64,000 nucleotides of DNA, taken from positions 1 through 64,000 of the IMG/VR virus record IMGVR_UViG_3300024259_000010; one strand, 5' to 3'. Made by a program: the position numbers and the translations under genes. This document shows, piece after piece, positions 17,169 to 25,873 of this stretch. Positions within the stretch are counted from its first letter, which is position 1, and the number at the start of each line of letters is the position of its first letter. The notes under the pieces were generated by a model. It was not told the origin of the DNA. It saw only the letters and a list, made by a program, of their open reading frames with translations, and did not search any database.

Positions 17169-18035
17169 TTACAGCGCTGCTGCTAAGATAAATAATTGTT
17201 CCAACTCTTCTTGAGTTTTACCTAATACTTGTCTAATAGACTCAACTAGAGGATTACCAAGATTAACTTCTTGTTTATATTCCCATTGAGTTAATGCGAT
17301 TTCACGTTCAACTACATCTTCAATAGAAGTAATAGCAGTAGTAACATCTGATGGCATAATACCAATCTGAATGAGACCAAGTCTAAACTGTACCATAGAT
17401 ACTACTTGAGGAATATACACATGTTCAATTTCTTCAGCAATAACATTCTTTTGTCCAGGTGAAGTAATACCGTTGTACAATTCTACATCTTCAGCATACA
17501 AAGCCACAATACGTTCATGTTGACCCTGCGACACTCCCTGTTTCTCAACTGGGGTAGGCAAACTAACTAATTCAATATCATCAGAAAAATCTAAATCAGT
17601 TTTTAATTGACCAAGATCTTCTGGGAATTTGTATAGACCAATCGATCCGCTTTCTAAATAATCAGACTGCTTTTCGAATGCCTTATGTTCTGGTTCAAAT
17701 GATGCTTCCAGTGTATCGAGTACAGTATTGATATCTTCAATGCCATATTCGGCACATGCTGATAAGAAGCGATCCACTGGATTACGAACCAACATAATGG
17801 TAGAAGATGCATTTTCCTTTTCAATAGTTGGACACATCCATTGTACACGTGTATTGCCAAGAGTTTTACCCTCTGGTAGATGAAGCCCACCTGAAGGCTT
17901 TGGATTGTAAATCTTTTCACTAATTACTGGATGAAATGATTTGATGATAGCTCTTGCAATTGTTTCAGATCCCGATTTAGGATTAAGAATAACTGCGACA
18001 TTATTTGCATTTAAATATATTTTTTCCATTTTCAT
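17169..18035 (-). CDS. Sulfotransferase-like domain fused to a C-terminal phage tail-associated domain
   Basis: 5'PSB-like NPKSGS, 3'PB-like VRNPVDRFLSA; C-terminal PQVVSMVQFRLGL...WEY...LEQLFILAAAL domain. Confidence 0.7.
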   Translation of the reverse strand: MKMEKIYLNANNVAVILNPKSGSETIARAIIKSFHPVISEKIYNPKPSGGLHLPEGKTLGNTRVQWMCPTIEKENASSTIMLVRNPVDRFLSACAEYGIEDINTVLDTLEASFEPEHKAFEKQSDYLESGSIGLYKFPEDLGQLKTDLDFSDDIELVSLPTPVEKQGVSQGQHERIVALYAEDVELYNGITSPGQKNVIAEEIEHVYIPQVVSMVQFRLGLIQIGIMPSDVTTAITSIEDVVEREIALTQWEYKQEVNLGNPLVESIRQVLGKTQEELEQLFILAAAL

Positions 18036-18041
18036 TTACCT

Positions 18042-19010
18042 CTAATTAGTTACTTCCCAACCCTTATTTTGGGCTATAGTTACATCACATCCTGCAGACC
18101 CTGGATTGTTCATAATTTGTAGTTTACCATTTCCATAGTCTCCACCTAATGATACAGCATCTGGAAGATCGTCCATTAGTTGATTAAGTGTATCAATGTC
18201 CAATCCGTTACCGTTTAAATATACAGCAATTACATAACCAGATCCGTTAGATACATTACCAATCGCTACTACATCAGTTAGACTTACTGATGTAAGATTG
18301 GGACAATTACTTATATTCACCCCTTGTACTTCTGTAATATTGCTAATTGTAATAGATTCTAGATTGGCATTATCTTGGACATTAAAATGGTTGACTATAT
18401 TTTTATCTGACAATTCTAGTTCCGTTATTGCATTACAGTAGCGAATCTCTATATATTCCATATCAGTAGGCAACTCACTAAAATCAATAGTTTCCAAGTT
18501 CTCACATTGTAGTTTAATAAAATCGAGAGACTCTTGTCCAGAAAGATCGATATTGGATAATGCACCTGTTGTTATTAAGTCTAATGATTCCAATGGTATA
18601 GTATTGATATGCAACTCAGATATACTCATGGCAGATATTTCTAATTTTGTGATAACATCTGCTTGGACAAGGTTTGCTGCATCTAAAGCATAAATATACA
18701 ATGGCTGTGCTGTTAAGCCATAAGCACTGTCTAGCGAAGCGCTGTGTATTTGCTGCCCATCCACATCGGTAACAACACCCTTGTATTCATATGCTAATGA
18801 ACCAGCGGTGGTGTTTTTAAATATATAATCTACGCTCGTCGGTTCGACATATCTACCTGCAATGATTTTGATTACGTTAGGTGGTGGTAAAGATGATGCT
18901 CCACCTCCACCGCCTCCACCAGGTGCTTCTTCTGATAGTACTTCAACTCCTGCTATCTTTACTTTGGCTCCTTGTTCCATCTCAAGGTCACCGCTTATTT
19001 TCATAGTCAT
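18042..19010 (-). CDS. Leucine-rich-repeat protein, probably virion/tail-associated
   Basis: LxxLxLxxN/C repeats and a poly-Gly linker; on the late-gene strand. Confidence 0.7.
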   Translation of the reverse strand: MTMKISGDLEMEQGAKVKIAGVEVLSEEAPGGGGGGGASSLPPPNVIKIIAGRYVEPTSVDYIFKNTTAGSLAYEYKGVVTDVDGQQIHSASLDSAYGLTAQPLYIYALDAANLVQADVITKLEISAMSISELHINTIPLESLDLITTGALSNIDLSGQESLDFIKLQCENLETIDFSELPTDMEYIEIRYCNAITELELSDKNIVNHFNVQDNANLESITISNITEVQGVNISNCPNLTSVSLTDVVAIGNVSNGSGYVIAVYLNGNGLDIDTLNQLMDDLPDAVSLGGDYGNGKLQIMNNPGSAGCDVTIAQNKGWEVTN

Positions 19011-19057
19011 GATATTATTCTTTCTTTTAAATTAATATTTTAGTTAATAAGTTATGA

Positions 19058-19354
19058 TTAGTCTTCTGTCCACAACACCTGTTCTACCCAGTTGGTAGTA
19101 GATGCTTTAAACACTTGGAGACTAACACCATTGGTAACAGATACCAAGCGAGCAGCTTCTCCAATGTATACGGTAACAGTATCACCTGATTTAGTGGAAG
19201 TAATACCACTTGTAACAAGACGACCAGTATGAGCGCTAACTACTGGAACGTCATTGGGTTTAAGTGCAACCCCTTTAACGTTACGAACCTGTGCATAAGC
19301 ACCGATAGCAATAGAGCAAATTAATAATGTGAATAATCTAATTTTCTTCTTCAT
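19058..19354 (-). CDS. Signal-peptide protein, paralog of 47943-48722
   Basis: MKKKIRLFTLLICSIAIGAYA signal; shared PVVSAHTGRL motif. Confidence 0.75.
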   Translation of the reverse strand: MKKKIRLFTLLICSIAIGAYAQVRNVKGVALKPNDVPVVSAHTGRLVTSGITSTKSGDTVTVYIGEAARLVSVTNGVSLQVFKASTTNWVEQVLWTED

Positions 19355-19422
19355 AGTTATATCCTTTTCTTTTTAATGAACCTACATATAATGTTTGGCG
19401 ATATCGATATAAATTATAAGTA

Positions 19423-19430
19423 TATATTAC
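19423..19430 (+). promoter_or_regulatory. Early promoter TATATTAC
   Basis: Exact motif, intergenic. Confidence 0.8.
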
Positions 19431-19469
19431 TTAACTGGTATATGAATTTAAAACTAACTAAGGAATAAT

Positions 19470-20150
19470 ATGGAAAATAAAATAGATTCAGTTGTAACAT
19501 TTGAAGAGATTCGTGAAACGTTTTCAAACTTCTTACCAGATAATACAATCCTTGTTTTAACAGGTTTAGCATTTGATGATGAAGGTGGTATGTACCCATG
19601 TATATCAACCACTGTTAATATCAAACTTCATCGTGTTATGATCAAAGCTTTATATGAACAGAAAATGAATGAAGATGAACTTCGATTATGGGAAGAGTTC
19701 AGTATTGGCATATCAAAAGATGGTGGTAAGATTGAATATGATGCTAGTAAATTAAATGAATATCTCGACACTGTTAGCTCACAATTAGTATATCGTATAT
19801 TTGTTATATCTGAAAATGGGGCAACAGTTATATTTGAAAACATGAAGAAGGAATTACTACCGAGTGTTTATAAAATACTAGAAGAACATATGGATAGAAA
19901 TGAATATAGTTTTACACAAGTTGGTAATATCAATGAGCAGATAAATGAAGTCAAAACAGAAGAAGATAAAATTCTAGAGGATACAATTGTAGGGATTGCA
20001 AATACTACTGAAGATCTTGAGTTCCAATCTTTCTGTCAAGAAACATTACGATCTGATAATCCAAAAGAACACTTGGTTAATCATTACACAGAAGGTATTA
20101 ATAAAGAATGGTGTTTAGAGATGTGTCCTACTCTAGATGAACATGTTTAA
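19470..20150 (+). CDS. Hypothetical acidic protein
   Basis: 226-aa ORF, AAGGA RBS. Confidence 0.8.
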   Translation: MENKIDSVVTFEEIRETFSNFLPDNTILVLTGLAFDDEGGMYPCISTTVNIKLHRVMIKALYEQKMNEDELRLWEEFSIGISKDGGKIEYDASKLNEYLDTVSSQLVYRIFVISENGATVIFENMKKELLPSVYKILEEHMDRNEYSFTQVGNINEQINEVKTEEDKILEDTIVGIANTTEDLEFQSFCQETLRSDNPKEHLVNHYTEGINKEWCLEMCPTLDEHV

Positions 20151-20163
20151 ATAAGGAGAAGAT

Positions 20164-20349
20164 ATGTTACAATATTTACTTTTATCATTAGCATTGGTAA
20201 GTCTCGTATACCAATTCTATTTCACATTTGTATCAGTTCACATGAAACGTTATATGAATCATTGGAACATGGGTTCTGTCTTAGTAGTATTAGGATGGGT
20301 TGTTTGGGGAATCGTAAACATTAAAGTGATAGAGGTATGTTGGCCATGA
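20164..20349 (+). CDS. Small membrane protein
   Basis: 61 aa, 2 TM segments, AAGGAG RBS. Confidence 0.7.
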   Translation: MLQYLLLSLALVSLVYQFYFTFVSVHMKRYMNHWNMGSVLVVLGWVVWGIVNIKVIEVCWP

Positions 20350-20906
20350 GTAAAACAAATCATGTACAGAAAGAAATATTGAGTGGTAACACTGGTCCTA
20401 TAATGTTTCCATGTCTTGAGATAATTGACACAAAGGAATCATTTGATCTGCCTAAACCCAAAAATTCTGGTGTAACAATATCACCAGAAGAATTGTTCCA
20501 ATGGTTATTATCATTTAAGTTTACTATTAGTATTGATAAAGATAATACAAGTTGTATAAATTCTGATATGGTATATGGTAGATATGTACCAGAAGGAATA
20601 TGCCCTAATGATAAAGTAGCAATTGATAAGTACTTCAAATCTATAGAACATATTACGTATCACTTCAAGGATACAGTGATGCGGTTATATGATAGTGTAT
20701 TAAACAGGGTCATTAAAGAATGTGAATTTCAGATCATGGATCAGCGTATGTTATACTACATTGTAGATCAGTTTAAACACTTTGAGCGTATGTTGGAAAT
20801 TGAACATCGTGTAAATGTAGTACAGTGGTTAGAGATTAATTATGGTAGATTGTCATCATGGAACCCAAAGCCAAATAATATTGAGATTGATGTAATTTAT
20901 AATTAA
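20346..20906 (+). CDS. Hypothetical protein
   Basis: ATG overlaps the upstream stop (ATGA). Confidence 0.75.
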   Translation: MSKTNHVQKEILSGNTGPIMFPCLEIIDTKESFDLPKPKNSGVTISPEELFQWLLSFKFTISIDKDNTSCINSDMVYGRYVPEGICPNDKVAIDKYFKSIEHITYHFKDTVMRLYDSVLNRVIKECEFQIMDQRMLYYIVDQFKHFERMLEIEHRVNVVQWLEINYGRLSSWNPKPNNIEIDVIYN

Positions 20907-20933
20907 TAGTTCTCGATAATTATATAGACTTTT

Positions 20934-21198
20934 GATTTATAATGTGCGTTAGGTGGATAGTGAGTTCGATAAACAACCGCCCGCACGTGTGTATCCGGCA
21001 CAACACCTAGAGTTTGAAATAATAACTCGTTCCTGTACCATATTACGAAATGTATATGGTGGGCTAGTACGAAACCTTATTGAGAATTCAGTAAGGCCAG
21101 ATACCAGTAAAGCATGGAAATGGGGGTACTATAAACGTATCAGTTAAACGGATAGTGGAAGGTTGCCTAAGGGTAGTAATCCCACCGCATTATAAATC
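20934..21198 (+). ncRNA. Candidate ~265-nt structured ncRNA (RNA-D), family unassigned
   Basis: Perfect 11-bp closing helix plus a second helix GGTGG/CCACC; at least 4 internal hairpins. Confidence 0.65.
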
Positions 21199-21219
21199 AG
21201 ATTATGTAATGGAGAAATT

Positions 21220-21435
21220 ATGCCAACTATATATGAGTTCAGTGAAGAGGAATGGTGTCGTACGACAAACCGTCCAGTAGACGAATGTCCTTTCTGTACT
21301 AACGAAGCATGTAATAAATGTGGAGCTGGTTTAGGTGGTACATCTGATGAAAACTGTACACATGATGTTGTGGAAAGACATGAAGGTACAGTTAAAGAAC
21401 TTGATAACCCATATTATAAAGTAATAATGAAGTAA
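21220..21435 (+). CDS. Small Cys-rich protein
   Basis: CPFC and CNKC; GGAG RBS. Confidence 0.7.
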   Translation: MPTIYEFSEEEWCRTTNRPVDECPFCTNEACNKCGAGLGGTSDENCTHDVVERHEGTVKELDNPYYKVIMK

Positions 21436-21463
21436 TAAATAGAATGTATTGCGAAAGTATAAT

Positions 21464-21769
21464 ATGAAAAAAGATATATATGATTTTTATCCATGTAACT
21501 GGGGTTCAGAAAATAATGATCCAGTTATGTGGACTAAACGTGACATGAAAAAATTAGGAAGAGAAATCTTTAAGATGATTGGTAACCAGCCATTGACCAA
21601 ATTATCTTTTATAGATTCAGGTACACATACAATTGATAATATACCTACACCGTATATTAAAATGGAAATAGTAAAAGATGGTAATCTATGTTTCCCATTT
21701 ATGATCAGGCAAACGATGGATATCCGTAGACGATTAGATGATATCCGAATTCACTTTGTAAAAAAATAA
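21464..21769 (+). CDS. Hypothetical protein
   Basis: ORF in an operon context. Confidence 0.7.
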   Translation: MKKDIYDFYPCNWGSENNDPVMWTKRDMKKLGREIFKMIGNQPLTKLSFIDSGTHTIDNIPTPYIKMEIVKDGNLCFPFMIRQTMDIRRRLDDIRIHFVKK

Positions 21770-21789
21770 ACAATAAGGAAACAAAAACT

Positions 21790-22266
21790 ATGAAGATGGA
21801 AATCTTTGAATTAGGTAAAACAGTTAAAGATAAAGTTACTGGAATGGAAGGACATCTTAGTCATGCTTTAATTAACCCAGAACATACTACATATATTTTC
21901 CAACCTAAAGAGGTTCTAGAATCCTCTGGTAAGATGGCAGAAAGCATCCATATACCTGGATGGCGTGTTGTTGGTGGTAAGAAGATTACAGGTGAAGTCC
22001 CAATTGAGATTCTTGGGAAGACAGTTACTGACACAACACTTGGTGTTAAGGGAATTGCATTGCAGATCTCAATTCATATTAATAAATGCGTTCATGTGTG
22101 GGTACAACAAAAAGGTGCTACTGCATCATTTGAAGAGTATCACCAGCATGATTGTTATATTGATAACTTAACAGGCAAATGTATGAAGGGTAATAAGATC
22201 CTCGAATTTGTTAAAGAAGTTAAATCTACACCACGTAGTCCAGCTTCACAATCTTATGTTGTATAA
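21790..22266 (+). CDS. Hypothetical protein with an internally duplicated small beta domain
   Basis: ELGKTVKDKVTGMEG and ILGKTVTDTTLGVKG. Confidence 0.7.
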   Translation: MKMEIFELGKTVKDKVTGMEGHLSHALINPEHTTYIFQPKEVLESSGKMAESIHIPGWRVVGGKKITGEVPIEILGKTVTDTTLGVKGIALQISIHINKCVHVWVQQKGATASFEEYHQHDCYIDNLTGKCMKGNKILEFVKEVKSTPRSPASQSYVV

Positions 22267-22273
22267 ATAGAAG

Positions 22274-22306
22274 AAGATACTTGGGTAAAACCAAGTATCT
22301 TTTTTT
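22274..22306 (+). terminator. Rho-independent terminator
   Basis: AAGATACTTGG/CCAAGTATCTT plus poly-T. Confidence 0.85.
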
Positions 22307-22325
22307 ATCATTCTTATTACAGATA

Positions 22326-22333
22326 TATATTAC
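22326..22333 (+). promoter_or_regulatory. Early promoter TATATTAC
   Basis: Exact motif, intergenic. Confidence 0.8.
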
Positions 22334-22369
22334 TTTATTGAATCAATAAATTTTAAATAAAGGAATGAT

Positions 22370-22576
22370 ATGAAATACAAAGTAATCACAGTCACAAATA
22401 ATGTAAATGAATATCCGCAATATAGAAAGTCCACATTAGAACATCCAGAGTTAGTTGATCTAATCTGTGATGAGTGTGCTACATTCGTCGTAGATGAGAC
22501 TAATCAATATTGGCCTGCCGATGAGTTCTTCGCTATGGCTGATAATAACGTGGTAGAATTTGAAACAAAAGATTAG
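22370..22576 (+). CDS. Hypothetical protein
   Basis: 68-aa ORF, AAGGA RBS. Confidence 0.7.
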   Translation: MKYKVITVTNNVNEYPQYRKSTLEHPELVDLICDECATFVVDETNQYWPADEFFAMADNNVVEFETKD

Positions 22577-22587
22577 GATTATAGTTT

Positions 22588-22938
22588 ATGATGTCATTAA
22601 GGAAGATGGAACAACGACCTTCACCGGGTGAGAATGTGCATGTTACTGTGCAGAAAGGCGGTAGAGAACGAAGTAAGATGCGATTTACCATTAGTGGTAG
22701 AAAACTCTGTAAAGACAATGAACACAAGTTGTACTTAAAACATCGTGTGAGACTAAGGGTTATCATTAACGACATTGGTCCTATTATAGAATATCAAGAC
22801 AATGGCCCACACAGGCTTAATGTAGGCGGTTCAGGCGATATTACAATATCACTTGGGTTAACCAAAGTATGTGCTATTGGTACACATTTAACAATTGTAA
22901 ATATCTGTGATGAGCATATACAATTAAAAGAAGTTTAA
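22588..22938 (+). CDS. Hypothetical protein
   Basis: 116-aa ORF; exact start uncertain. Confidence 0.65.
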   Translation: MMSLRKMEQRPSPGENVHVTVQKGGRERSKMRFTISGRKLCKDNEHKLYLKHRVRLRVIINDIGPIIEYQDNGPHRLNVGGSGDITISLGLTKVCAIGTHLTIVNICDEHIQLKEV

Positions 22939-22947
22939 GGAGAAATT

Positions 22948-23268
22948 ATGATAGCTAATGCGATTATATTGAGCAGATATGATTTATCACCAAAGTCCAA
23001 AGATGTTAAACTAGAAGATCTTAGATGGCAGGATGTATCTGGATCAGTATTGTCCAAACAGGATTTTATGGAACAACGTTGTATCTTATTTATAGATAAA
23101 GATGGTAAAGTCCTTGTTATGAAAAAGAAGGCATATCAACTTTCAGGACATATATACGATTCTATGGAACATATGGCTGCTGATCCATTAATACAGGATA
23201 TGGCAATAGATAACCGTATACCTATGATTAAACCTATGGAGAATGTGGATGCCGAATCTGATAGTTAA
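22948..23268 (+). CDS. Hypothetical protein
   Basis: 106-aa ORF, AAGGAG RBS. Confidence 0.75.
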   Translation: MIANAIILSRYDLSPKSKDVKLEDLRWQDVSGSVLSKQDFMEQRCILFIDKDGKVLVMKKKAYQLSGHIYDSMEHMAADPLIQDMAIDNRIPMIKPMENVDAESDS

Positions 23269-23491
23269 AGTTGGAGATAAGAATAAACATTTAAAGGTAC
23301 CAGATGATTGGTATCTTGTTATTATTGGTAAATGTAAAGCCGGTGATAAATTTGCGAACCTACAGACATTTGAATGGCATGAAGTTGAAGAAGATGATAT
23401 TGGTTTGGATAATACAGATTTTGAAGTTCTAATTCGAGAGAATGAATCTGCTGTATTAGCTAGATCAATAGCTTGCCCAGGATCTAAATAA
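23243..23491 (+). CDS. Hypothetical protein
   Basis: 82-aa ORF, GGAG RBS. Confidence 0.65.
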   Translation: MWMPNLIVKVGDKNKHLKVPDDWYLVIIGKCKAGDKFANLQTFEWHEVEEDDIGLDNTDFEVLIRENESAVLARSIACPGSK

Positions 23492-23510
23492 AAAATAAAG
23501 GAAATAATAA

Positions 23511-24065
23511 ATGATGAAAATAATTGTATATTTGACAATGAAGTTTGTAAATACACCAATGCTTATTGACACTGGTATATTGATAACGAGTCCTGGTAAA
23601 AAGAACTTTGAAGATATCTCGGATATGGGTCGTAAGTATGACATGCAATCCCATTCGATTAAGTTAGTACCGGCTGGTGAGAAACTAGTATTGGCCACTG
23701 GTTCACTCGAAGAAGAGTTGGATGTTGATGATAAAGAGGATATGGAATTCGTTGTTCCACATCGACATCATAGTGCTAAAATTTATGCACGTGGTCCATT
23801 GTTGAAACATTTATTGTTGCAAACAGTAACTGAATCCGATAAGCATTCAACTCACCTGAAGATCGGTGACTCTGCTTATAGTATTGGGTATACGTTCGAA
23901 GATGAAGAACTTGCTAAAGTGGAAGTAGGTAAAACATTCCCTGAAGAACTTGCTGATAAAATAGTAGAGTATTACGATACATCAAGTGTAAGTATGAGTG
24001 TGCATCTATATATTACATCTGGTAGAACAGTTGGTTCTTACATGAAAAACCTTGGTAGTATCTAG
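23511..24065 (+). CDS. Hypothetical protein
   Basis: 184-aa ORF, AAGGA RBS. Confidence 0.75.
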   Translation: MMKIIVYLTMKFVNTPMLIDTGILITSPGKKNFEDISDMGRKYDMQSHSIKLVPAGEKLVLATGSLEEELDVDDKEDMEFVVPHRHHSAKIYARGPLLKHLLLQTVTESDKHSTHLKIGDSAYSIGYTFEDEELAKVEVGKTFPEELADKIVEYYDTSSVSMSVHLYITSGRTVGSYMKNLGSI

Positions 24066-24117
24066 AGTTAGTACCAATATCCCCTGATTATATTATGTAG
24101 AATAGTATAATTAGGGG

Positions 24118-24408
24118 ATGATAGATATGAGTAAAACAAAGAACGTTTTTTTCAAATGTCGAGATTTCCCGTTTGCTGTATTAGGAAAACGAAAACTTGT
24201 GTCAGAAAAACATATGGGTAAAACCTATAAACATTATGAGTATGTAGTAGAACAACCAGATGGTACCTCTCGTTCATATACTCAAGCACAAGTATGTCAG
24301 TGTTCACCAGTATTTATATTACGTGGTGTTTTGTTATCCACAGCGTATTGGGGAAATAAGAATAGGGGAAAATATTATGAAGGTAAAAGAACTTGTGAAG
24401 AGTGCTAA
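24118..24408 (+). CDS. Hypothetical basic protein
   Basis: 96-aa ORF. Confidence 0.6.
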   Translation: MIDMSKTKNVFFKCRDFPFAVLGKRKLVSEKHMGKTYKHYEYVVEQPDGTSRSYTQAQVCQCSPVFILRGVLLSTAYWGNKNRGKYYEGKRTCEEC

Positions 24409-24697
24409 ATTCTGGGTAATTTCATTAAGTATGTTATGTGGTGCATCAGTGGTACTTGCAAGCTATGTAGTATTGCCAGAGCGCGTTGAAGAATGTGAAA
24501 CTAAGATTGAAGAAGTTGAAGTTGAATCAGACGATACTTGTAATAAAGTTGAATTAATGGCTCAACGTATTGACGATTATGTAGTTGCTCAAGAAAAAGT
24601 AGAGAAGGAACGCGATAAGCGTTATGATCAACAAATGCAACATCAGAATAAGCAGAATGATATGATGTGGAAAGTATTAGATCGAGTAACTAAATAA
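24377..24697 (+). CDS. Membrane-anchored coiled-coil protein (holin/spanin-like topology)
   Basis: N-terminal TM followed by a charged helical tail. Confidence 0.6.
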   Translation: MKVKELVKSAKFWVISLSMLCGASVVLASYVVLPERVEECETKIEEVEVESDDTCNKVELMAQRIDDYVVAQEKVEKERDKRYDQQMQHQNKQNDMMWKVLDRVTK

Positions 24698-24767
24698 TTG
24701 ATAAAATCATTTAATGAGAGGCTAGACCTACGGGTCTGGTCTCTTGTTATTTTAACGGAGAAAAATA

Positions 24768-25607
24768 ATGTGTGATGCAGATATGGACCCAGAAGAACGG
24801 GAACGGCAGATTGAAGAAGCGCGTATCTTATCGCTAGATGAGATCCGAATGGCTAAACTATATCGTATACCTAAAGTGGGCGATAGAGTTATGTTCCTAC
24901 GAACATTGAAAAAAGGAACATCTCCAGATTCATTGTATCGTAAAAACGAGTACGGTACAGTTACTGGTCTTAATAATGAATACGGTATATGGGAAATTAA
25001 GAAAGACCTCAGTGATGATCCAGTGGGATGCTCACGTCAATGGTTCCAATTAACTGAAGACTCAGAAGTTGACTATTTGGTATATCCAAAGTTTTATCAG
25101 AAAAGACACTGTGTATGTGAGAATACTCGTGCTGACAGACTCGGACATTATCATACTGTAGAGTACTGTATTGGATGTGGTAGAATCAAAGATATTGGTA
25201 TCAACACCGATGATAATATTAAGTGGCTTAACATAATACCACTTAGTCTTAATCATTTAGGATATGGTAAACACAATTGGAAAATTGTAGCCGCTGCTCA
25301 TCGTAGTAAAGTATCTGGTATGGTAATCGTAGGTGTTAGACACTTTGATCATCATATCCGAGCAATGGCATTTGCAATAGGTGGTACGCCCATTGGTAAA
25401 TGTGTTGACTTTGAAAAGCATGTTGGTAACGATAACACTATGGTGTTTCCTGAAGATTGGAAATTTTCTGATCAAGGATTCGTAGATAACTTTGGAACGT
25501 ATATTGATCGTGAACAAGGTTGGATAATTGCATCTATAGCCAAACAAATAATCGCTCGTGGATTCGGCGGTGATGGTACATACTTGTATAGTGAAAATAT
25601 TCACTAA
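24768..25607 (+). CDS. Phage hypothetical protein with a conserved C-terminal domain
   Basis: IVAAA...GVRHFD...DQGFVD...LYSEN pattern seen in phage proteins; GGAG RBS. Confidence 0.75.
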   Translation: MCDADMDPEERERQIEEARILSLDEIRMAKLYRIPKVGDRVMFLRTLKKGTSPDSLYRKNEYGTVTGLNNEYGIWEIKKDLSDDPVGCSRQWFQLTEDSEVDYLVYPKFYQKRHCVCENTRADRLGHYHTVEYCIGCGRIKDIGINTDDNIKWLNIIPLSLNHLGYGKHNWKIVAAAHRSKVSGMVIVGVRHFDHHIRAMAFAIGGTPIGKCVDFEKHVGNDNTMVFPEDWKFSDQGFVDNFGTYIDREQGWIIASIAKQIIARGFGGDGTYLYSENIH

Positions 25608-25873
25608 ACTAAAGAGAGTCTTCGGACTCTTTTTTTAAGGAGAGATAAATGGAATTTTGTCATAAAGTAAAACCGGTTAGACAACGGTGAATTAGTTGTA
25701 AGTTAGGAATGATTATGCCAAGTGTATGTAATGGTTGTGGATGTAAAGAGAACTGTAGTTTCTTTATCGCATTCCCAGATAACCAAAAACAAAACTGTAA
25801 CACTAGAGAGTCTTTTGATTCTCTAATTGAAAAAAATAAATAGTAAGGAAATCTTACCAGTAGTAAGAAGGAA

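Noticed and set aside
19355-19420. phiKZ late promoter (TATG) upstream of minus-strand genes
   Set aside because: A 4-nt motif is too common in AT-rich DNA to call without TSS data.
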